Origin: a bacterium
GTDB taxonomy: Bacteria > Bacteroidota > Bacteroidia > CAILMK01 > JACPUW01
Assembly (NCBI GenBank): GCA_016124515.1
Contig: WGNN01000037.1
Span: 13,171-77,170 of the forward strand
Direction: 5' to 3'
DNA length: 64,000 nt
In this document: positions 9,853 through 17,655 of the stretch, piece by piece
How positions within the stretch are numbered: the first letter of the stretch is position 1
Layout: every line of letters starts with the position of its first letter
Notes under the pieces: model-generated
Database searches by the model: none
Told to the model about the DNA's origin: nothing
The model's input: the letters and a program-made list of their open reading frames with translations, nothing else
Translations under genes and position numbers: made by a program

Positions 9853-10137
9853 TTATTTTTTACAAGTTTTACTTTTATTAGCGGAAACAAGGTTAGTACC
9901 TGGAACCAGTTCTACGCTTCCAGATGCTCGGTTGTGTACATTGCAGAATGGTACAATGTACCAGTTGTCGTCATAGGTCTCATCTTTCTGTACATGTGCG
10001 CCGACAAGGTCGGACCGGAAACATCCACTTGCTCTACATATTGTTGCGGTTTGGTTACTGTAATTTCTCCAATGCTGGAGCCAACTGCCACAATTACACT
10101 TATTCTGTGATGTTCCATTAATATTTTTAACTTTCAT
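9853..10137 (-). CDS. Cys/His-rich 94-aa protein, possible zinc-binding beta-beta-alpha-Me (HNH-like) mini-nuclease
   Basis: CNCGSWLQHW...CRASGC...GAHV...WYIVPFCNVHN. ATG at 10137. The stop is 6 nt from the TM2 gene start. Confidence 0.6.
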   Translation of the reverse strand: MKVKNINGTSQNKCNCGSWLQHWRNYSNQTATICRASGCFRSDLVGAHVQKDETYDDNWYIVPFCNVHNRASGSVELVPGTNLVSANKSKTCKK

Positions 10138-10184
10138 GATTTTTCGCTCAAAAATTCACATGTGACAGATCAAAAGGAACTTAA

Positions 10185-10214
10185 TTTTCCGAACGGCGTA
10201 ATTTTCCTTCTGAA
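10185..10214 (-). promoter_or_regulatory. Direct-repeat element B: TTTTCCGAA-N12-CCTTCTGAA on + strand
   Basis: Two related 9-mers with 21-nt periodicity and spacer cggcgtaatttt. It lies 47 nt upstream of the ATG of the 94-aa gene. Confidence 0.5.
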
Positions 10215-10222
10215 AGGTAGAT

Positions 10223-10699
10223 TCATATCTCTTTATAATTCCATTCCACACTTAAAACTAGTACGATTTCGCTACTATCATTCCGCAGAGTAATCTCCCT
10301 CTTTCCTTCATAGTCCTTTGGCGTAAACAGATAACCTCCCATGTATTCATCACCACTGGTACTGTCATAGTCCCATAAACCTATACTATGTTGCAATGAG
10401 TAATTATCTACATATACAGGCAAATTCCTGATGTAATTATAGGTATTGGAGTTTACACACTCATCATAGTATTCACTGGTATAAAATCTATTACCATTAA
10501 GCACAATAGCAACATAGATATCAGGGTAACTTGACCATATGTCCCAATCCTTGCCATTATTGGTGTTGGGAAACCCAGCTACTGATATTTTATTAATCTG
10601 CATTTTAGAGAGTACTAAGTTAGGCTCATCATCAGTTTGACAAGATGCCACAAAAGCAAGCATTGACACAATAAAGAAAAAAATCAAATTTCTTTTCAT
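10223..10699 (-). CDS. Hypothetical lipoprotein
   Basis: 158 aa; signal peptide plus lipobox (LAFVASC). No recognised domain. Confidence 0.6.
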   Translation of the reverse strand: MKRNLIFFFIVSMLAFVASCQTDDEPNLVLSKMQINKISVAGFPNTNNGKDWDIWSSYPDIYVAIVLNGNRFYTSEYYDECVNSNTYNYIRNLPVYVDNYSLQHSIGLWDYDSTSGDEYMGGYLFTPKDYEGKREITLRNDSSEIVLVLSVEWNYKEI

Positions 10700-10704
10700 T
10701 GGTA

Positions 10705-11127
10705 TTAATCTTTTAGGATTTCAATAGATGTTTTCTTATTAGTGAGCCAATAAGCGACTCCCCCATGATGTGAGCACGTTCCGCTGCCTGTTGATGAACT
10801 GCTAGATCCATCACGGCACTGAGCTCCGGTCCTAACGTAATATGTGTGGTATATTGCCTTACCAAGACATACTTGGTTTGCTAATATATAGCCTGTATCA
10901 AGATCGTATGACACTTTGAGCCATTCGTTTTCAACTTTCTGAAGGACAATTAGGTTATCGTACTGTTTCAGTGTTCGCTTTGCTTCTGCATCGGCTGTGG
11001 GCCTTTGCCTGAGTTTTGCATAAGAAACAGAAACGTAATAATTTTGTGCGGTTTGAGCCAGTGTTGAAAACACCAAGCCAACAAAAATCAATGTAATAAT
11101 TAATATATGGTTTTTCATAACATTCAT
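10705..11127 (-). CDS. Secreted SH3b-like + DUF3761 protein
   Basis: Signal peptide, then an SH3-like segment (YVSVSYAKLRQRPTADAE...EWLKVSY), then a DUF3761 signature (CRDGSSSSSTGSGTCSHHGGVAYWL). Confidence 0.65.
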   Translation of the reverse strand: MNVMKNHILIITLIFVGLVFSTLAQTAQNYYVSVSYAKLRQRPTADAEAKRTLKQYDNLIVLQKVENEWLKVSYDLDTGYILANQVCLGKAIYHTYYVRTGAQCRDGSSSSSTGSGTCSHHGGVAYWLTNKKTSIEILKD

Positions 11128-11354
11128 TTACACAACCATTTTTCTACCCCACCATGCCCTGAACAAGCCCCGCTTCCGGTGGCTTTGCTAAAAGTGCCGT
11201 CCTTGCATTGACAGCCTATTCTGTCGTTTTCTCCGTAGATGCACTCATGAGAGCCCTTAAAATGGGGATCTTCCGATTCAATTGTTTTTGAGCAACAAGC
11301 ACTCACGCACAAAAAGATAAATATTGATAGTGACTTAAGCATCGGCTTTGTCAT
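11124..11354 (-). CDS. Secreted DUF3761 protein
   Basis: 76 aa; signal peptide; CQCKDGTFSKATGSGACSGHGGVEKWLC. 4-nt overlap with the downstream gene. Confidence 0.65.
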   Translation of the reverse strand: MTKPMLKSLSIFIFLCVSACCSKTIESEDPHFKGSHECIYGENDRIGCQCKDGTFSKATGSGACSGHGGVEKWLCK

Positions 11355-11775
11355 TTATAAGTGCGGCTCTTTCAACTTGATTTATAAATTCAATAACCCT
11401 TTTCCTGCCCATGCGCGTTGTATGAAACCTCACAATATCTCCGCCCATTGTAGCTATGGTAAAATAATGTCTTCTGGTAAGAAAATAAGCCAATAATCCA
11501 GTCATACCCGTTAATAGCCCGGCAGCGGTAATAAAATCCTCCCTTTCAGATGCGCCATAACTTGCAATGAAAATGCCGGCGACAAGAACTAATAGAAGTG
11601 CGGGACGACTTTTATATGCCACTGTAATAGATGCCATCCTTGAAAGCAACATGCTTACTACATGGGCACGCCCCCATGACGAGTCATGATACCTCAACCT
11701 TAAGTTGGTTAATGTTATCAGTTTGTTTTCAGATTGGGTAATTATTTCTTCTCCTGGTATATATTCTATACTCAT
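11335..11775 (-). CDS. Membrane protein with bacterial PH-like organisation
   Basis: 146 aa. N-terminal beta segment (ITQSENKLITLTNLRLRY), two central hydrophobic helices, and a C-terminal segment (GGDIVRFHTTRMGRKRVIEFINQVERA). Overlaps both neighbours. Confidence 0.5.
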   Translation of the reverse strand: MSIEYIPGEEIITQSENKLITLTNLRLRYHDSSWGRAHVVSMLLSRMASITVAYKSRPALLLVLVAGIFIASYGASEREDFITAAGLLTGMTGLLAYFLTRRHYFTIATMGGDIVRFHTTRMGRKRVIEFINQVERAALINDKADA

Positions 11776-12650
11776 ACTTGATTTCCTTTATTATTAATAT
11801 TTATAGTCATATCTCTCGATGAAATGTACTTGCCTTTTACAGTAGTGTTCTTTCCCAGAAAAACCGCTCCGGAGTTTTCAATAACAGTATGGTTTTTTGA
11901 TGTACTGTTTTCAGTAATTTTTGCACCCACTTTGTTTATAGTTAAAATATATTGCATTGCAAGTGCAAGATGTTCAGTAGTTATTATTTGCTCTTGTGGC
12001 AACTCCGGAAAAACTGACTTTAGCTCATCAATATCAGCATCATACCACAGTGGAATTACCAGCGCGTTAATATCTTTATCCAACTCATAAAACACTTTCA
12101 ATTGATCATAAAATGAACTTATAAAAAATTCTTGGTTAAGAATAAGCAAACACTTTTTGCCTTTAACAATTTTTCTAAAATTGCAACCACCCTTACAATC
12201 TATAAGCTCAAACTTTAATTCCGGCTCCTGTCCTTGGTATAAAGAGTTTTTTACCTGTGGATTAATAAATTTCTCATCTTCCGGATTGCAAATAATATGT
12301 ATAAAATCATCAACCACTTGGTTTGTTGGATATAAAACAATAGATTTTTCCACCTTTAACAACCATTCATTAAAATCTTTAAAATTCTCGTATCCAAGAT
12401 AATTGCAAAGCTTATCCACTTTGTCTTTCCCCAAGGAGATAGTTGACGAGTTCGGATCAGATGCCCGCTCAATAGGTTTTACAACATGCTCATCAAGGTA
12501 TCTCTGATTAATTTCCGTTTCTTCTGGCTTATAACCATCATTTATTTTCATTTCTAATTCAAGCAGACCACTCCTCGAAAGGTCTGTACCGGCTTTTGCT
12601 GCCGCCATTTTAATGATAATAGAAATCTGCTTTACTGAAAAACTGGGCAT
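11772..12650 (-). CDS. Hypothetical cytoplasmic protein
   Basis: The track ORF extends to 12794, but the first ATG is at 12650 (MPSFSVKQ...). The upstream extension overlaps the regulator gene and contains element C. No motif recognised. Confidence 0.55.
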   Translation of the reverse strand: MPSFSVKQISIIIKMAAAKAGTDLSRSGLLELEMKINDGYKPEETEINQRYLDEHVVKPIERASDPNSSTISLGKDKVDKLCNYLGYENFKDFNEWLLKVEKSIVLYPTNQVVDDFIHIICNPEDEKFINPQVKNSLYQGQEPELKFELIDCKGGCNFRKIVKGKKCLLILNQEFFISSFYDQLKVFYELDKDINALVIPLWYDADIDELKSVFPELPQEQIITTEHLALAMQYILTINKVGAKITENSTSKNHTVIENSGAVFLGKNTTVKGKYISSRDMTININNKGNQV

Positions 12651-12702
12651 GAGTAAACATTTGTTCGCAAAATGAAACACATGCCAACTTTGGGCAAACC
12701 TA

Positions 12703-12732
12703 TTTTCTAAACGCCGTAAATTTGTTTCTGAA
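12703..12732 (-). promoter_or_regulatory. Direct-repeat element C: TTTTCTAAA-N12-GTTTCTGAA on + strand
   Basis: 21-nt periodicity; spacer cgccgtaaattt is nearly identical to that of element B. It lies 52 nt upstream of the ATG at 12650. Confidence 0.5.
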
Positions 12733-12738
12733 CGACAT

Positions 12739-13476
12739 CTAAATGGTTGGGAACATTGACTTGACTGACTCAATATAAGTTTTCCCGATATCAATTTTGT
12801 CAGCGCCTATCATTACTCTATTGCCATCCAACCCTGTGATATGGTCAAGATTTACAATATGGCTTTTGTGTATTTGTCTTAACCTATGGTTTATTGAGTG
12901 AGACTCTATTTGCCTCATAAACTTTGCCATGCTGATTGACAGGCTATATGTCTTATGAACGGTATGAACTTCACAGTAAGAAGAATCGGCATCTATCCAG
13001 GTAACATCATAGATACTTACCTTTTCGTAGGTATCTTTAGACTTTAAGAAGATACAGTCATCATAGAGATGTTCTGCCTTTTTGATAGAACCCACCATAT
13101 CGTTGTGGTAATCCATTGCCAATTCAATAGCCTGAGTCAAATTAAGATTAGACACTGGTTTGGTCAGATAAGCAAACGGCCTTGATTCTTTTGCCTTATT
13201 GAATGTTTCAATATTATCTAAATGGGTAAGAAAAACAATAGGAATGTTCCATTGTTCCTTTATCTCTTTTGCAGTTTCAATACCATTTTTATCACCTTTT
13301 ATTTCAATATCCATCAAAATCAAATCAGGTAACCTTTTCCTTATAGCATCAAAAGCTAAACCCGCACTGTCGGCAACATCAACAGATGAATAGCCAAGCC
13401 GTGACAGCTTGTTGGTAATATCAGCAGCTACCAAAAACTCATCTTCAACTAAAAGAATTCTAACAGGAGAAACCAT
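12739..13476 (-). CDS. Response regulator, receiver + LytTR DNA-binding domain
   Basis: ILLVEDE, DLILMDIEIKGDKNG and FLTHLD are receiver motifs. C-terminal LytTR motifs are VTWIDADSSYCEVHT...LRQIHKSHIVNLDHI. ATG at 13476 is preferred. Confidence 0.85.
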   Translation of the reverse strand: MVSPVRILLVEDEFLVAADITNKLSRLGYSSVDVADSAGLAFDAIRKRLPDLILMDIEIKGDKNGIETAKEIKEQWNIPIVFLTHLDNIETFNKAKESRPFAYLTKPVSNLNLTQAIELAMDYHNDMVGSIKKAEHLYDDCIFLKSKDTYEKVSIYDVTWIDADSSYCEVHTVHKTYSLSISMAKFMRQIESHSINHRLRQIHKSHIVNLDHITGLDGNRVMIGADKIDIGKTYIESVKSMFPTI

Positions 13477-13533
13477 ACCTAATGCTTTTAACCAAAACAA
13501 AGTTAGAAAGATACGACAACAATCTGTCCACAA

Positions 13534-13563
13534 AATTTAAAACGCTGTAAAATAATGTTTTAT
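13534..13563 (-). promoter_or_regulatory. Degenerate copy D of the direct-repeat element
   Basis: AATTTAAAA-cgctgtaaaata-ATGTTTTAT. The spacer is clearly related to B and C, but the half-sites are weak. It lies 57 nt upstream of the regulator ATG (13476). Confidence 0.3.
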
Positions 13564-13764
13564 GCGGTTCATATTCCTTGTTCACGTCTCGGTTTTGTTT
13601 ACTACAAAATTCAATCGGATATTTTTGACAATGGAGTCGCGACACATCTGTAGGCAGGCAAAACGCCAATACTCTTTGACAGGCCAGAATAGTTTTATCT
13701 CCCCTACCCTTCACTTATTCTTTGATTAAAGGAGTTCACCGCTTCTGATTATCCTGAATTTGAG

Positions 13765-13782
13765 AGCCAATTGCAATTGGCT
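13765..13782. promoter_or_regulatory. Perfect 18-bp palindrome AGCCAATTGCAATTGGCT in the divergent intergenic region
   Basis: Read directly from the sequence. It lies between the divergently transcribed LytTR regulator and TPR kinase genes. Confidence 0.4.
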
Positions 13783-13922
13783 TATTCAATGGACACTACC
13801 AAATAGTAAGTAGCCTTGATTTCGTCTGCGTTGTGCATCCCTTATTTTTGTGCATGAACTACACTGCAAACATTTTGATGTACCACGCCATGATTACACT
13901 TCATAGTTAAACTTTGCTTACA

Positions 13923-15806
13923 ATGGTTAAGCCAAAAAATATAGCAGACATTCCAAAGGTGCTCATTTTACCGTTAATCTTAATCCTGGCAAACTGCCAA
14001 CTGAGTGGTCAGGAAATAAATGACCTTTCAATCATTAAAAAAAAGCAGGAAAACATAAGAAAACTGATCGAAGAAAAACAATATACACCCGCTCTTGAAA
14101 TTGCAGAAACGATAGTGCAGTTGGGTAGAAAACAAGAAAACATATATTGGATGGCATTGGGTTGGGCACACACAGGAGAGATATACCAAAAACAAAAGAA
14201 AAATAAAATTGCACTGGAGTACTACGAACGAATTTTATCTACTCAACATCAATGGAGTAATGATGCATTCCTATTAAATGTTATATACAATATTGGATTA
14301 ACTCATAAACAAATGTCAAACCTTGATTTGGCATCTTCATATTTTCACGAATTTCTTGAGATAGAACGTCAGTCAGAGTTAAAGCACCCGGAATGGACAG
14401 CCAAAGTATATGATGCGCTTGGAAATATTCAACGTGAACTGAAAGAGTTTGACAAATCACTGCGATACCATTTCAAATGCCTGAAAATAGTTAAACCAGA
14501 GAATGACTTCGCAATAATGGCAACGTCATACAACAACTTAGGCCATACATATATGGACATGGGAAAACCTGATTCTGCCAGATTCTTCATCAATAATTCC
14601 ATTAGACTCAAAAGAAAAATTAATAGCAATAATAATTTGGGTTATTCCTATCACCTGTTGGGGAAACTCTATTATGACCTTGACCAGACAGATAGTGCTT
14701 CTATATATCTTTGGATGGCCCGAAAACTACACGATGCGGAAGGCCAAACAGATCAATGCACTTATGTTTTAGTTGATTTGGCAAAAACACAATTATTAGC
14801 CGGAAAACCCGACTCAGCACTATTTACCATTGAAAGTGCACTGAACATTGCACAGAAAATTGACAGTAAAGATTTGTTGGCTCTTGCTTACCGACAAAGA
14901 AGCTATATATATGAAGATCTGAGCAACTTGAAAGGTGCTCTCCGAGACATGGAATCATATGAGCCTTTAAGAGAAGAAATATTGGACGAAGTCAGACAAC
15001 ATGCCCTTTCAGAGCTTGAAATCAAATACCATTTAAATGAAGCAAAGGAAAATCTGCTCGTTGAAAAAGAGAGGCTACAGCTGAGCACTGCACGTGTTAG
15101 TAACCAACGACTATGGATATTGGTTTTGGTTTTGGCGGTTGTTGTAATGGCTCTTTTTGTATATATTCTTAGAAGCAATGTAAAAAAGGAACGACAACTA
15201 AAAGAACAAGAGAAAAAGCTCCTGAAAGAACTTCATCACAGAGTAAAGAATAATTTAAGCAACCTGTCGGGTTCTCTGGCCATTCAAGTCGATATGGCAA
15301 GTAACTCTAATGTTATTGAAGCACTGGAAAACCATAGAAAACGATTAGATGCAATTGCCCTTCTTCACGAAGAACTTTTTGATCCGGCCGGCTCCGAAAG
15401 AAAATCTCAGGTTGACTTCACTGCATTTGTAGAGAAATTATGCCAAAGCATTATAAGTGCAAGTATCTGGAATAACAAAATTGACCTTGAGTTGAAATTG
15501 GATAAAGTAAGTCTTCCAATGAATGAGGCAATTCCACTTGGCATGATGGTTAATGAAATAATTACAAATGCAGTTAAGCATGCATTCGCTGAAGTAAAAT
15601 CACCATCACTGGAAGTGATCTTGTCAAAAAATGAAGACTTTATTATTGAAATAAAAGACAATGGAATTGGTTTCAAAGATAATATCCTTCCACAGTCAAC
15701 ATCTGTAGGCATGGCAATCCTCACAGGCCTGGCTTCTCAGTTAGACGCTAAACTATTATTTGAGAGTAAATCCGGTTTAAAAGTGAGCATAATATTGAAT
15801 AAATAA
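13923..15806 (+). CDS. TPR-repeat sensor histidine kinase (HisKA_2-type H-box + HATPase_c)
   Basis: N-terminal signal/TM, multiple TPR-like repeats, coiled coil, and a TM helix (LWILVLVLAVVVMALFVYIL). H-box ELHHRVKNNLSNLSGSL. ATPase boxes MMVNEIITNAVKHAF and KDNGIGF. First ATG at 13923; the track start at 13914 is TTG. Confidence 0.85.
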   Translation: MVKPKNIADIPKVLILPLILILANCQLSGQEINDLSIIKKKQENIRKLIEEKQYTPALEIAETIVQLGRKQENIYWMALGWAHTGEIYQKQKKNKIALEYYERILSTQHQWSNDAFLLNVIYNIGLTHKQMSNLDLASSYFHEFLEIERQSELKHPEWTAKVYDALGNIQRELKEFDKSLRYHFKCLKIVKPENDFAIMATSYNNLGHTYMDMGKPDSARFFINNSIRLKRKINSNNNLGYSYHLLGKLYYDLDQTDSASIYLWMARKLHDAEGQTDQCTYVLVDLAKTQLLAGKPDSALFTIESALNIAQKIDSKDLLALAYRQRSYIYEDLSNLKGALRDMESYEPLREEILDEVRQHALSELEIKYHLNEAKENLLVEKERLQLSTARVSNQRLWILVLVLAVVVMALFVYILRSNVKKERQLKEQEKKLLKELHHRVKNNLSNLSGSLAIQVDMASNSNVIEALENHRKRLDAIALLHEELFDPAGSERKSQVDFTAFVEKLCQSIISASIWNNKIDLELKLDKVSLPMNEAIPLGMMVNEIITNAVKHAFAEVKSPSLEVILSKNEDFIIEIKDNGIGFKDNILPQSTSVGMAILTGLASQLDAKLLFESKSGLKVSIILNK

Positions 15807-15827
15807 AGGGGGCGTACTGCCCCCTTT
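15805..15827. terminator. Bidirectional hairpin between convergent genes
   Basis: AAAGGGGGC-gtact-GCCCCCTTT is a 9-bp perfect stem, A-rich on the 5' side and T-rich on the 3' side. It sits directly after the kinase stop. Confidence 0.6.
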
Positions 15828-15849
15828 AACTACTCCAAACCGAGCAATT

Positions 15850-16275
15850 CTACAAAACCAACTGAATGGTAAAGGTTGTATCACTTTGATAAAAATGATA
15901 TGCCGAAGTATATTGAACACTTCCTCCCACAGGTGTAACACCGAAATAATACCAACCAGGATTTACCTGAATTGCAAAATCGCCGTTACTATCTGCAAAA
16001 GTTCCTCCCACCGAAATTGAAGTCAAATTATCAAATACTTCAACTGCAGCACCACCGATAGGATCGAGGTTTTGATCAACTAATGATATAAAACCTATTG
16101 GGTCTTCCTCGTCTCCACCACAACAATCAAATCCCGTGTCCATAGTCATATCAACAACGTTGCAGGTGTCTATGTGTGGGCCATTCATTAACTTACCAGA
16201 AGGCCCGGAGCTACTTATACCAATAAACAAAACAGCAATAAAAGGCCATGTAAAAGAAAAAAGATATTTTTTCAT
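15850..16275 (-). CDS. Small secreted protein with carboxypeptidase-regulatory-like fold
   Basis: Signal peptide follows the ATG at 16275 (MKKYLFSFTWPFIAVLFIGISS). The segment LVDQNLDPIGGAAVEVFDNLTSISVGGTFADSNGDFAIQVNPGWYYFGV is CarboxypepD_reg-like. Confidence 0.5.
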   Translation of the reverse strand: MKKYLFSFTWPFIAVLFIGISSSGPSGKLMNGPHIDTCNVVDMTMDTGFDCCGGDEEDPIGFISLVDQNLDPIGGAAVEVFDNLTSISVGGTFADSNGDFAIQVNPGWYYFGVTPVGGSVQYTSAYHFYQSDTTFTIQLVL

Positions 16276-16873
16276 GATTTTAGATTTTATGCCCTTTCTC
16301 AGGAAGAATATGGATATACCATCCCCTGGCATATTTAAATGCATAAAAAGAGCTATTAGTAAAAAATTTGATCTCTCGGCCTTTTACACAACAGAGTTCC
16401 GGCTATCTGTCAAGTAATCAGCCTGCTACCCATTCATCATATTATCTCAATTTTATTCATTGAACTTTCGCTGTACGATATAGCAACCTTGTTGACTTAA
16501 AGTACTCGTCCAAACTCATTTTTTTGAGCATTGTGTGATGGCCATCATTTTTCTGATTAATTGATCTTGCCGACTATATGATCAGAGCTATTAATCAGTT
16601 AGTTGATGAATGAATCATGGTTCAAATATCTGATGTTGAATTGTGATGACCTTCCGGGGAATTTCCTTAGAAATCCCGGGAATTATAAGTAAATAACATA
16701 CTCATTCATTTAATTATGAAGTTATGTGAGATCTGCTTTGGTAACCAAGAAGTTTCCATGCTGCAAAGTGAGATGCCGCTATGTATAACACACACGCTAT
16801 AATTCAGGAGGCAACAATATTTTTGATGCATTGCTCCTGTATTTGTTTCTTTGCAGTCTTGCTACATTTACTT

Positions 16874-17653
16874 ATGAGCCATGTAAAACATTTGGAACTG
16901 AAACCCAACGACGGCCAAACCTGGGTGATTGGCGACATACACGGCTATGCCAAAACTTTTGAAACCGTCATGCAAAAAATAGCTCCTTCGGCTACAGATC
17001 GCGTGATTTTGCTCGGCGATTTGGTGGATCGCGGACCCGACTCAAAAGGGGTGTTTGATGCTATAATGCGCTATAGAAAAGAAGGTGTTGACCTGCTGCT
17101 GGTGCGCGGCAACCACGACGACCTGATGCATAAAAGCTATGTGGAAGAGCAGGAAAACACCGGCTTTTTAAAATTTATAAAACGCGACTACACCAAGCGA
17201 AGCTGGATAAACATGGGCGGCGACACTACCTTGCAGAGTTTTGGCGCCAAAAAAATGGTGGAAATCGATACCGTTTATTATGATTTGATAGAAAGTATGT
17301 ACCACTACATTGAAGACGAAAACCATTTGTACGTACATGCCGGTTTTGATTTCACCCAAGCACAACCCTTTGAAAATGAACAGGCCATGATGTGGATTCG
17401 CGATTTTAAACCGGATAAAAAGCAAACGAAAAGCAAAACCATAGTGCACGGCCACACACCACTTGACCTTGAATTTATTACAGATGTAATTGAAAACGCG
17501 GGCAGCTACGGATTTATAGCACTCGACAACGGAATATCTATAGACAAGCAAAAAAATAAAGGCCATTTATTGGCTTATGAAACCAAAAGCAAAAAACTCA
17601 TTGTACAGAGCCGGCAAGATGCCGCCACCGGCGCGGGCAAATATGGGTATTGA
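16874..17653 (+). CDS. Metallophosphoesterase (PPP-family Ser/Thr phosphatase / ApaH-like)
   Basis: Motifs GDIHGY, LLGDLVDRGPDS, RGNHD, VHGHTP. Internal ATG at 16874 is preferred over the hydrophobic N-terminal extension. Confidence 0.8.
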   Translation: MSHVKHLELKPNDGQTWVIGDIHGYAKTFETVMQKIAPSATDRVILLGDLVDRGPDSKGVFDAIMRYRKEGVDLLLVRGNHDDLMHKSYVEEQENTGFLKFIKRDYTKRSWINMGGDTTLQSFGAKKMVEIDTVYYDLIESMYHYIEDENHLYVHAGFDFTQAQPFENEQAMMWIRDFKPDKKQTKSKTIVHGHTPLDLEFITDVIENAGSYGFIALDNGISIDKQKNKGHLLAYETKSKKLIVQSRQDAATGAGKYGY

Positions 17654-17655
17654 GC

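Noticed and set aside
11772-12794. Full 340-aa ORF with a 56-nt overlap into the LytTR regulator gene
   Set aside because: The first 48 codons contain no ATG start and span direct-repeat element C. The ATG at 12650 gives a cleaner gene model.
13460-13714. 84-aa minus-strand ORF in the divergent regulatory region
   Set aside because: It overlaps the regulator's 5' end and element D, and its composition gives no coding support.
13831-13855. Direct repeat TTGTGCAT x2 upstream of the TPR kinase as another LytTR box
   Set aside because: Start-to-start spacing is 17 nt rather than 21 nt, and the sequence is unrelated to elements A-D. I could not distinguish it from chance.
16294-16302. CTTTCTCAG half-site upstream of the 15850..16275 gene as a fifth direct-repeat element
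   Set aside because: There is no second half-site 21 nt away in either direction.
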